From: Bilabrum cf. latius
Taxonomy: Eukaryota
Assembly: GCA_965178125.1 (NCBI GenBank)
Contig: OZ237737.1
Coordinates: 434,001 to 498,000 of the forward strand
DNA: 64,000 nt
Direction: 5' to 3'
Shown here: piece after piece, positions 50,154 to 60,800 of the stretch
Numbering within the stretch: position 1 is the stretch's first letter
How the letters are laid out: every line of letters starts with the position of its first letter
The notes under the pieces: generated by a model
The model's database searches: none
What the model was told of the DNA's origin: nothing
What the model saw: the letters and a program-made list of their open reading frames with translations, nothing else
Translations under genes and position numbers: made by a program

Positions 50154-52085
50154 TCAAAGGTCACCACGAGCCACTGTCATCGCCCAGACTAGCTCCTGCG
50201 TGCCGATGTCTGCCCCGTGGCTCTTCAGCACCTCCACGCAGTCCATGTGCTGGCCCAGGATGGCTGCCTGCATAGGGGACATCACCCGGCCATCAGCAGC
50301 CTTACCCTTCATCTTAAGTCCCCCTGCCAGCTTGCCCCGCCTCAGCCGCTTTTCCAGCTCCATTGGCCTGCCCTCGCTGGCTGCTTTGAAGACCGCCCTG
50401 GCGTCAGCGCGGGCCTATATGGCATGCCGCCAGCAGGCCAGGGCGTGCTTGCGAATGCAGAAGTTACGCACCAGCTTGATCGTGCGTTGGTAATGTCCGC
50501 GCCTGTTGTGGTGCAGGTAGGAGCCGGGCAGCACAGGCAGGGTCAGAGGTGATTTGCCGAGCTTGCCCTTGGTCGTGGTGTCAGCCCCTGCCAAGAGGAG
50601 GCTCCTCGCGCACTCGTAATAGCCCTGCTTCGCGGCGATCATGAGAGGCGTTTGGGAGTAACCATCGGTCCCATCTATGCTTGCACCACCCTTTATGAGT
50701 TCCCTGACGCACGCCGCGTCATCGTTCGATGTAGCTAGGTGGAGAAGCGTGGGCTTCTCCAAAAGAAGCGCGCGGACCTCCTCTGCGACACCCGCTGACA
50801 GCAGTAGCCGCAAGCAGGACGCGTTCTGCCTGTTTATTGCAGCAGAAATCATGTTGATCGCGTCTCTCCTTCCACCTGCCGTGATGCTGCCCCCGCGCTC
50901 CAGAAGCAGCCGCACGCATTCAACGTGTCCGTGTTCGCAGGCGTACGACATGGGCGATTTTCCAGACAATCCGAGTGCGTTTACCTTTGCTCCATTGTCG
51001 AGTAGTATCCTGACAATCTCAGTGTATCCGCTGCTAGCTGCAAGGTGCAGGCATATTTCATTCTCGGGTCCTTGCGCGTTTATGTCGGCTCCTGCGTTCA
51101 GCAGTTGCCGCACCACATTGACGTGGCCGTCTTGGCATGCAGGGTGGAGCGGGTAGCTCTTGGAAGTCGACGACATGTCAACCGGCACATTGGGATCTGC
51201 GCCCGCCTTCAGGAGCAAATCGACGCATTCAGCGAACCCGTTCTGCGAGGCGGCGTACAGCGGCAGGTAATCTCCTAGCACTCCCTTGGAGCAGTCGGCA
51301 CCGGCGTTCAGCAGTTTTGCGGCGCATCGTGCGTGGCCATTAAAACATGCATGGTATAACGCAGTGGTTGCATGGCAACGAGCTTCATCAGCATCTCGAG
51401 CTGCCCAAGCATCGAGCAGCAGCTCCACACAGCTGAGATGGCCCCTCCACGCTGCCATCTCGAGAGCCGGCAGCCGCTGGTGCTGTACGGCAGATAGGTC
51501 AGCACCTGCCTCAATCACAATCTTGAGGCACTCCGCATGACCTTCAGATGCAGCGCAGATCAACGGAACAGGGACATGGCTGTCCTAGAAGGTCCGAGCT
51601 CCTGCTCGCACCAAGAGGCGTGCGCACTCCGAGTGGCCAGCCTCGCATGCGATCACTAGCGCAGTCGCCTGTACGTCTGTGTGCGCGTCTAGATCAACTC
51701 CGGCTTCCAACAGGATCTATACGGCTGCGTCGTGCCCGTGCTGGGTCGCCAATTGAAGAGGAGTCTGAAAGGATCGGTCAATGGCATCGATTGGAGCTCC
51801 TGACGCAATGAGGACCTTCATACTCATGCAATTGTCTCGGCTTGCGGCTGTGTGCAGGGGACAATTGTTGTATAACTGCATGTCCGAGTCATACTGGCCC
51901 TTCGATTCGGCCCCATGGCGAATTAGGGTCCTTATTTTCTCTACGTTGTCTTCAAGAGCGGCCTGGTCGAGTCTACACTTGTCGTCTCCATCCAAGTCGG
52001 GGCAGATCCCCAATTCAAGCCTTAATGACAACGGTGCGATTGATGCGGCTGGAGAATCTGGCGATTCCCGGCTACTAGCAGCCAT
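50154..52085 (-). CDS. Ankyrin-repeat protein (~643 aa)
   Basis: More than ten ankyrin repeats (PLHTAA, TPLQLATQHGH, YPLHPACQDGH, TPLMIAAKQG). ATG at 52085, in-frame TAG at 51717, 51585 and 50415, stop TGA at 50154. Confidence 0.9.
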
Positions 52086-53024
52086 GGCACTGTTGCGAGA
52101 TTCGAATCCGTTGCAGACGCAGGATGACTTTAGCGACTTGGCAAACTGCAGGTAGCAAGACCTTCCGGGGCACTGCAAAAGGTATATGAAGCTGGAATAA
52201 AAGAAATTTAGGGTTGAAAATTCGAGAAGGAGAACGAATTCATTCAACACGCTACAACTTGTTTGAAAGGACCCACCGCCCTCTTCCGTCATTTCGCGCA
52301 CGTTTCGCAGGCCTGGTGTCAGCATGCTACTGAGAAACCTTAACCACTGCATGCTCCGCGTTCACGATATTCCCGAAGTTCGCGGGACTAAGTGAGATTG
52401 ACGGCATCACACCATCCTCATCTCGATCATCACCCTTTTGCTCAGACAAACTGGACAGTTCTTCCGAGAACCGTCTTCGCTTACTTGCCTTCGGTCGTTT
52501 CCACTCACCAGCTCCAGCACCATCCCCACCCTGCTGGCTCGTATCGTCATCCGACAGATCTGAAGCTTCTGTCTGGCTGTCGCTCTCTCCCTCCGAGGCA
52601 TCGAGCGAGACCCCATCCACATCCTCGGAATCTACACCCTTACCATTGCGCGGGTACCGCAGCCCCGCAGCCGACGCATTGACCCTGCGGCTTTTCAAGT
52701 CCCGCACATGACTCCAGTCGTCTTCCGAGTCGTCGCTGTCTGCGAATTCCAGATGGCAGGCCTTGATGTCATGTAGAAGGAGAACGGATCAAACCTGTGG
52801 CCTGTTGCCAGCCGGAGCCAACTCTCGGAGCGCGGCAATGATTGTCTAGTTTCTCCCAGTGTGTATTTATTCGCCCCGCCTGCCGCAACGATGCTGCGAG
52901 CGTCTTGCACAAAAAACAGCCGAGCGCAGTCGTCAAGGCGAGCATACCAACTGGACGGTGTACACTAAGACCCCAATCTGGACGCACATTGAAGTCGGCC
53001 AGGCAAACGAGAGGCCACCCGTGT

Positions 53025-55466
53025 TCAGCACAGAACTGCCCGGCCCTCCAAGATGCACAACGGTGAGGATGGAAGCACCCAAGCAAGCACCGATGACTGC
53101 GGAGAACCCCTTGCTTGCGCAGCAATGCGATGCATTCCCTTTGCAAACTGCTGCCACTGTTCCCCAGTGAAGCAGTACGAGAAACCGTGCTGCGGATTGG
53201 GCGCAACCCCGGCCTTGACCAGATCCTCCCTGTACACGTCTGCCACTACCTCCGCCAGTGGCTCGGATGAGCCATCGATGGAAATGGTGACGTTCACGGG
53301 AGGTACCCCGCCCCCCGGCAAAAAGGGGTCGACGACCCAGCCCGACAGGCACCCGGTTGTCGTGTTTTCCATCTGTTCTTTTCCGATCGAATCACGCCGG
53401 CAAAACTTGCTGTCTCGCAGGTCCGCTGCGGCTGACACCGCGCCTGCGGCTGAATTGACGAGCATTCGCATCGGCTTGATCAGCAGCCCGTCCAAATTGC
53501 CCCTCATGTTAACCTGGGGGAGCGGGAAAATGCCCCGGAGCTCCACGATTTTGCCATTCGTGACGGAAGGCGCGAAGCCCTCCCGAAAGGCCCTCACATT
53601 CACCGCTACAGCCTAGGACGGCCACGGCAACCGCACGTGTTCCCCAGGTCCCAGCCGCGGGGAATCCTCCGTGGGGCGGCTCCCATCAACTGTGTACCAA
53701 ATCGTGGCATTTGGTGTGTCGGATGTCGCAGAGAACTGCAGAAACTGAGAGGGCGTGGGCTGCAACTCGAAGCGCGGGGGCGCCACGATTCGAGTCGTGT
53801 CGATCCAATTGCCCGAAATATTCACGCTGGCGTTGCAACCAGGCACGCTCGGATTGGTCCATATGGCAGGGGCGCCACCTGATGGGCACGTCTGGAATGT
53901 GTTCCCTGAAACCGTTCCAGTTGGTAGGTCTCCCCTGGGGCAAATGATCGAGATGCCGCCGTGGTCGTTCCCTATCGACCCGCAGCCCGCGCGGTCATTG
54001 GGTTATGCTCGTACTGGGCTGCCGATTCCTGACCGCCGGTAACGCCTTGGTTTGATTGGATCTGCGATCGCTCTGGTATCAGCAATGGAAGCATAGCCTC
54101 CTTGGATGTTGCAATGAGCGCCCAGCGGCCAGCCGCAACGCAACACGTGAGTGCTACATAGTATCAAGCGAATGCACTGTAAAGGAACGAACGACTTACA
54201 CTAGCTGTCGCCATCACTATCAAACAACCGACTGGTAAAAAGTGACGGGGCGGCGGTCTGGTCATGAAATCGCCGCGGCACGCGGAGTTCGGCGTTGACT
54301 CGTCTGGCTTGGGTGCCTTGGGCCTCTTCCACCCGCGCCTCTTCTTCCGCCGCCTCGACTTGGACAGGAAGTCGCGCTCCCTCTTCCTGCGAGCTGCTTC
54401 CTCGGCCGCGCCCCAGCTGATCCTCTTCCTGCGAGCGGTCGAACACGTTGCCAGAAATGTTGAAATCATGCGCCGTGTTGGCGTGCCCGTAAATCATCAC
54501 GCCCGCCCCCCAGGACTGGGACAGCGTGTTCCCGTATACCTGCAGCCCGGTTGGGGCCACTTCGAGGTCGATGGCGCAGCCGTCCGGCCCGCCTGCCGTC
54601 TCGCCCCGGCGATAGAAATCGTTGTTCCGAATCACGTTGGTGCCATGCACGGACCACACAATTACATCTGTAGAGCCGTACACAAAGTACCTGTCTGGCC
54701 TGTCTCGCAGGAAGACCGAATCCTCGAGGGTGAGCCCAGTCAGGCCATCGATCGAGTAGCAGTTCCCGCCGCAGTTCTCCACCGTGTTGGCTTGCAGCAA
54801 CGGGTCTCGCAGGAACACCTCGCTGTTCCCACCCTCAAAGAAAACGCTTGCACGGAGCGCTAGATTGCGCCTGATCACCACTCCATGAGCCTCGGTCCTG
54901 CCACCGGCAAGCTGCTCTTCGATGCTCTTCGATGGATCGGACCGAAAGGCAATTGAGCGACCCCACCTGCCGGCAGATGGAGTATACCCCTCGTATGAAC
55001 TTCGGATGTCACGAAAGAAGTTATTTTGAATCAAAATTCCAGAAGAATTTGTACCGGGGGTTTGCACCAGCGTTAGGCCACGGGCGCATCCAGCCACGTG
55101 CAGATCCTACACAGTGATCCCAGACAAAGGAATTCTAACTATAATACACGATGACTCGTATGAAGCCTTCGATGGTCGAGCAAGCTCAATCATGGGCCTA
55201 GGAAGGCTGTAGTTGCCGTAGGATCCAAGCACGAAGCCATCAGCTCCAGAGGCATCGATTCGCAGCTGGTTGTCCAGCCAAGTACTACCCCTAGAAAGCA
55301 ATAAAGTATCATGTGGGCTGTATGCTAGGCTACTCGCTCTTGCTATGGTCTTCCACGCAGTAGCCGGCGACATACCATCTGCTTCATCGCTGCCAGTATC
55401 GGCAACGTAGTACGTCTCCCCGACCGCCAGACCAACCACCAGCGAGAATAGACAGCAAAACTGCAT
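53025..55466 (-). pseudogene. Secreted right-handed beta-helix protein with Fn3-associated/CHB_HEX_C-like and Ig-like domains, interrupted by an insertion (~665 aa without it)
   Basis: Signal peptide, then TYYVADTGSD...GMSPATAWKTI, beta-helix-like repeats, ATIWYTVDGSRPT and GWVVDP...HGFSY; ends at TGA 53025. Removing the insert and one repeat copy restores GNVFDRAGCGS. The insert carries an in-frame TAA at 54003. Confidence 0.7.
53997..54434. mobile_element. 438-bp insertion flanked by a 6-bp direct repeat (GCGGTC), putative target-site duplication
   Basis: GCGGTC occurs at 53991-53996 and 54435-54440. Host protein character stops and resumes exactly at these repeats. No terminal inverted repeats or poly(A) tail are visible. 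Confidence 0.65.
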
Positions 55467-55669
55467 GATCATTCACAATTCGGTAAGCGCCTGGAATGGC
55501 GCGGCTGGGTATTTTGCTACTTCGGGTTGCTGTTGCTAATCGAGAGTGAGAACGAATCTAAGGGGACCACTGGCAGCTTCAAGTTGTTGTAGCCCAGACT
55601 CTCGGACAGATCCTGCGTAGACCAGGTGAAGCCAACCAGCACGGCCGTCGGCTTACGACGCCCCATCTA

Positions 55670-55858
55670 CCTTGACGCATGCGAGCGCAGCACCTCCACG
55701 CACTCTGTGTGCCGCAGTGCCCACCAGACTTGGCTGCGTGAGCCGCAGTGCCCATCGGTAACACCATGCGACCAGTTCTGCCCTTGCCCTTGATCTTGAG
55801 GTCCCCTGCCAGCTTGCTCAGCCTTAGCCGCTTACCCATTTCCATGAGCCTGCCGCCC
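55670..55858 (-). pseudogene. Degenerate copy of the 3' end of an ankyrin-repeat gene
   Basis: MEMGKRLRLSKLAGDLKIKGK (55845 downward) resembles MELEKRLRRGKLAGGLKMKGK (50363 downward). Nucleotide similarity extends to cagcacctccacgca. The frame is shifted and no 5' part is present. Confidence 0.75.
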
Positions 55859-55881
55859 CCTTTCCACCCACGATGTCATCG

Positions 55882-56511
55882 TGGCACGTTGGGGGGGAGG
55901 GGGGGCTGGGTGAGGCGAGCGAAGTGTGCAAGCGTAGGATGGATGGCACGTTGGGGGGGAAGGGGGGGCTGGGTGAGGCGAGCGAAGTGTGCAAGCGTAG
56001 GATGGATGGCACGTTGGGGGGGAAGGGGGGGCTGGGTGAGGCGAGCGAAGTGTGCAAGCGTAGGATGGATGGCACGTTGGGGGGGAGGGGGGGCTGGGTG
56101 AGGCGAGCGAAGTGTGCAAGCGTAGGATGGATGGCACGTTGGGGGGGAAGGGGGGGCTGGGTGAGGCGAGCGAAGTGTGCAAGCGTAGGATGGATGGCAC
56201 GTTGGGGGGGAAGGGGGGGCTGGGTGAGGCGAGCGAAGTGTGCAAGCGTAGGATGGATGGCACGTTGGGGGGGAAGGGGGGGCTGGGTGAGGCGAGCGAA
56301 GTGTGCAAGCGTAGGATGGATGGCACGTTGGGGGGGAAGGGGGGGCTGGGTGAGGCGAGCGAAGTGTGCAAGCGTAGGATGGATGGCACGTTGGGGGGGA
56401 AGGGGGGGCTGGGTGAGGCGAGCGAAGTGTGCAAGCGTAGGATGGATGGCACGTTGGGGGGGAAGGGGGGGCTGGGTGAGGCGAGCGAAGTGTGCAAGCG
56501 TAGGATGGATG
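55882..56511. repeat. G-rich minisatellite, 10 copies of a 62-63-bp unit
   Basis: Unit TGGCACGTTGGGGGGGAAGGGGGGGCTGGGTGAGGCGAGCGAAGTGTGCAAGCGTAGGATGGA. Copies are identical except for A versus AA between the G runs. No spacers. Confidence 0.97.
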
Positions 56512-56810
56512 CCTGAACAGTGGGGGTATCGCTTGCAATGAGAGGGTTGCTTGTCTAAATAACGATACATCCTAGTGTTCAACAATAGTCGTAGGTCCGA
56601 CTAGTAGCTAACATGGCTTCGAAAGTCTGGCGCTAAGCTGCAGCTTCGTTGTGGTTGTCTCGTCTGGATAAACGGTTCCTGCACGCTGGACTATCAGTTG
56701 TTCCTGCAACATGTCATTGCGATCAACTAAAATCTCTAACAATAAATCAAACCGCTCGAAGCTATTCTGCTCACAGCCCTTTGTCGATGCAGACCACTCC
56801 AGTGCTCCGC

Positions 56811-57727
56811 TTACGATGCGAATGGGTTGGCTCCGATCCCATCGTCGTAGTCGTCCCCACCAAATCCAGCGCTGTGCTCGCTCTCTCCACTCTCCGGATC
56901 CGGATCGCCGAAGGGTTCGTACCGCGTCTGCCCCGGCCCTGAGGCATCGTTGCCGTCTTCTACCGTGAACTGGTTGGCCCCAGCCAGCAGGGTCGGGTCC
57001 CCCTTCTTGGCTTCGGCGCCTGGGGCGGGCTCGCTGTTGCACGATCCCATAATGTACAGTCCAGCAGTCAACAGGCACAATAGGGCCATTCCAAGGTTTG
57101 CCCCGTCCCCTTGAGTCCCATGGAACTTGCCATACATGGCAACACCGCAAGCTCCGATCAAGATATGGATAATGCCCTTGCCCATGAGAGAGCCAGAGCA
57201 GCAGCGCAAATAGCCCGCAAACGACTTACAACAGGCAATGCACGAAAACATGCTTGGCAACTCCATTACCAGTATCAGCACGGAAGCCGGGCTGCGATGG
57301 AAGAAAGTTTGGCGTGGTTGCTAACGAAGGAGCAAATGCTAGGATAGGAGTGGGGTGCAGTGTTGATGCCCGTGTATTCATTCAAGATGAGCGTCAAAAG
57401 CCTGATAGTGTTCGCGTTTACCTGGACGACGGAGGCGATCCTCAGGTAAGCTACTCTATGCAATTCCTTCCCATTGAAGTGTACGAGCCGCAAGAGTCAC
57501 TTACAAACCGTATAGATAGTACAGCCATTTGGTTCCTTTTGGAGTTACCAGCAGGTAGAGGTTCACTCCGGTGAAACCTGCGGGCGAAAAATCGATTACA
57601 ATTGATTCATTCATCGCATTGGCGCTTGCGGTTGAACTTGGCGTACACCGGGCGCATACATCTCACAAACTGCCGCAAAAATGCTAAATATGGTAGCATA
57701 GAATGACCAATGCTTCAGGTTAACCAT
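56811..57727 (-). CDS. TVP18/Flower (Cg6151-P)-family Golgi/vesicle membrane protein (~204 aa)
   Basis: Exons 57727-57667, 57577-57505 and 57291-56811 with phase-compatible GT-AG introns. Translation MVNLKHWSFYATIFSIFAAVCFTGVNL...LILVMELPSMFSC...LLTAGLYIMG; stop TAA at 56811. Confidence 0.7.
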
Positions 57728-57823
57728 ACTTTGTTCAATGTGTGCTTTGCTAGTTGCACTTTCTGCGATTGATCGTCCGTGAGGCATGGATCGGTCAAAG
57801 ATCGGAGCACGTTTGGCCAGCCA

Positions 57824-60800
57824 TCATCCCTTCGCAGAGCCGCCCTTTTTGGCAGCCCTGAGATACCCCCTTCCAAATACCATGCAGCTGAGCCGGTGTG
57901 GCGACCTCGGCTTCCCTACTACATCCGCAGTTGCCTCAATCGCACCGCCCTCATCGCTCTATGCGCCAGCTCCAGGGCGAGCATCCCCCCCGAGCATGCC
58001 TCCGAACAGTCCCTCCAGAAAGCGGCACAGCTCGAGCATGGCCCGCCGCCCTTCCAGCCCCCCTTTGGCCATCGCTGACGCCCACGCCTCCAGCACCTCG
58101 GCGTCCTGCAGCGAGTCGCCGAAGCCAAGACGGCCCGTGCGTACCTCTGTCCACAGCGCGCCCGCCACGGAATACATGCTGCTCATGCGCTGCCTCATCC
58201 ACGCCGCCAGGCTCGTGCAGTGGTGCAGCAGCTCCAGCCCGACCTCGCCCAGCGCATCCTACTCCCCGTCCCCGTCTTCCTCTCCCTCTTCCTCTCCCTC
58301 TCCTTCTTCTTCTCCGGACTTCCCGCTCCCGTCTTCGTCTTTCGACCCGCCCTTCGACTCGGAACTGGACCTGCGGCCCTCGACTGCCACGGAGAAAGCA
58401 CTTTGATCCCCCTTCGCACCACCACCACAAAACTCACCGTCCGTCTCATCCTCCTTCCCACCAGCCCCACGATCCCCGCAGCGGATCGCCTCTTGCAGTC
58501 GCTGCAGGGAGCCTGCCATGAAGGAGATGGCTCTACTCTCCAGGTGCCAAGGGGAGTAGCTCTTCGACACGATCCTGAGCTTGTACCCTGGAATGCCGTC
58601 AGAGAGCGTGTATGAGCCGCTCACGATGTATCCTAACTGCTCCTTCGTCCGCAGCTGGTCGAACAGGGGCTCCCCCAGCCAGCTCTCTAGCAGCCGAAGC
58701 AGCACGCACACGACGGTTGGGGTGTGTGCCGGCCTGCTGCCGTGGTAGTGCTAGATCTAGGGAGTCAGAACCTTGGTGGTGACCCGCTGTGACGTGGCAA
58801 CCGGCGACGCGGCATCGCCTTTGTCACAGCTGCCCCCTGCAGCACCTTCACTAGCAGCGTGGCTGAGCAGCACTGCCTGTCCCGGAGCATCGTGCTGCAC
58901 CATGTGCTATCCAAGGCCCGGCTGCCCCTCGGCATCTCCTGCTTTTCCTTCTCCCTCTCCTCCCTCTTGTCTGCTGCTATTGGCACCCGGTGCCTCCAGC
59001 AGACCGCCGCCCTGCAGCTCTGCGATCGGATGGAGCTCCTCGCGGGCCCACGGTGGCAGGTCCTTGAGCAAAGGGGAGCCTTCGATGGACCCACGGCCAG
59101 GGAACAGCCTCCAGTGGCGGTCAAGCTGCCAGTAGCACACGATGGCGGAGTTGCGGCCGGCTCGCCTGCGGGACCTGCACACTCGACGAATGGAGCCGTC
59201 CGGGCACAGCAACGGGGGCGCGATCTGGAGCAGGCTCCTGGTGTCTGACGTGCTTCGCTTCTTCCTGCCCTTGCCCGTGCCGTGGGGCGCCTATCGTGCC
59301 AAAGGAGACTTTACAGGCGAGCCATCGGGAACTGATGCGTCGCGCTTCGGTGAGGCGGGCGAGAGTTTCTTCTGGTGGCACAGATGGGCGTGCTGCGACT
59401 GCGATTGGAAGCTCGCGCTGCGAACCGCAGAGATGGGCTCGGGTGCGTCTCTCCCACCCTCGCCCCGATGCTGGCCGTCGCCCATGCTACCCTCTGACGC
59501 ACCACCCCCAGACACGCTGCTGCCCGTGTCATCCCCGTCCGATCCGCTCGAGACATCATCATCAGACTCGCCATCGCCGTCTTCATCATCATCGTCATCA
59601 TCTTCATCTTCATCATCCCCGTCCACGCTAGATCCATCGTCCTCGTCGTCTTCCTCGTCATCACCACCATCGCTGTCGCTACCGTCGCCAGGTTCAACCG
59701 CTTTTGTCCCGGACGGCCTGCCTTCATCCTTCCGAGACGTGGCAGGTCGCAGGGTCAACTAACGGGTCGGTGCTGGCTGATTGGTGTCGCAGGGAACCGC
59801 GAGAGGCACAAGCGCGTCTAGCCTGACCGTACAAGTGTCACTACCGCGAAGCAAGCCATCGATAGGACCAGGGGATAGGTTCTGTGTCGCTGCCGCGTCG
59901 ACAGGCATTGCGCTCAGTGGCGCAGCTTCGGCCCCAGCCAGTCGCCGGGCGCGCTCCCCCGCCTTCCTGGCGATTTCGTGGTAGACGTGCGCAGTCCCCG
60001 GCGTCTCGTTGCCAGCAACCAGCACGTCCATTTGCGCGCCTGCCCAAATGCACCCGCCCAGCGAAGCGGATCCATCTCTGGTGGAGATACCAGCAGAACC
60101 CTCGGGACTCGACCCGTCGGCTGCGCATGCCCCCCCACCATCGACGCGGCCACGGCTGGACGATGCGGGGCCGACATGGTCCCAGACATCCTGCGGGGAG
60201 ATGCGCTGCCAAGTGGGTAGCACCCCCGTGGGGTACGCTGGCGGGGGCATCAGAATGGACCGCTGCCGTATGGCACCCGCCAGGCTACCGGCGTCAAGCA
60301 GCATGGACCGCTTGGCACGGACTCGCGCCTCCTTGAGGTCGTTGAACCGGCGGGTGAAGGGGATCTGGTCCAACGGATCGGTCCTAGAGGTGTCGTCAGC
60401 CTGCTTCGATTCGCTCTTGGTTCCGACAGACACGGCCCCTCCAGACGCAGCAGCAGTGCCTCCACTACCACCAAGCAACTCATCTGAGCCAGCAGACACA
60501 GCCCCTCCAGACGCAGCAGCAGTGCCTCCACTACCACCAAGCAAATCCTTTGCGCCAGCAGCCATCACGCCACCACCAGTGCCACGCCGCAACCCCCTGT
60601 CAGGAGCACGCGACGGAATCAAAGCATCCAGCAGAAGCTGCAGCAGCTTGGGCATGCAGTCGTAGTACCCTTGCACCGTGACGATAAATCCTTGGGAGGA
60701 CGCGAACAAGGAGCCGTTTACGCCAGCAAGGGCGGCGTCGTACAGCTACGGCTGAAGGGCATCTGCCACCAGTGCCGCCCACATCATCCTGGCCGCCTGC

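Noticed and set aside
52240-52788. Acidic coding-like frame as an intact CDS
   Set aside because: An in-frame TGA at 52789 precedes it, and I found no ATG or compatible splice acceptor at its start.
55882-56511. CRISPR array or repeat-protein ORFs
   Set aside because: The units are contiguous and identical with no unique spacers, no cas genes are nearby, and the context is eukaryotic. The ORFs are by-products of a stop-poor 63-bp period.
57416-57424. CAG|GTAAAC inside the 213-nt intron as a recursive splice site or micro-exon
   Set aside because: No frame-preserving micro-exon is evident and direct splicing already gives a sensible protein. The motif can occur by chance.
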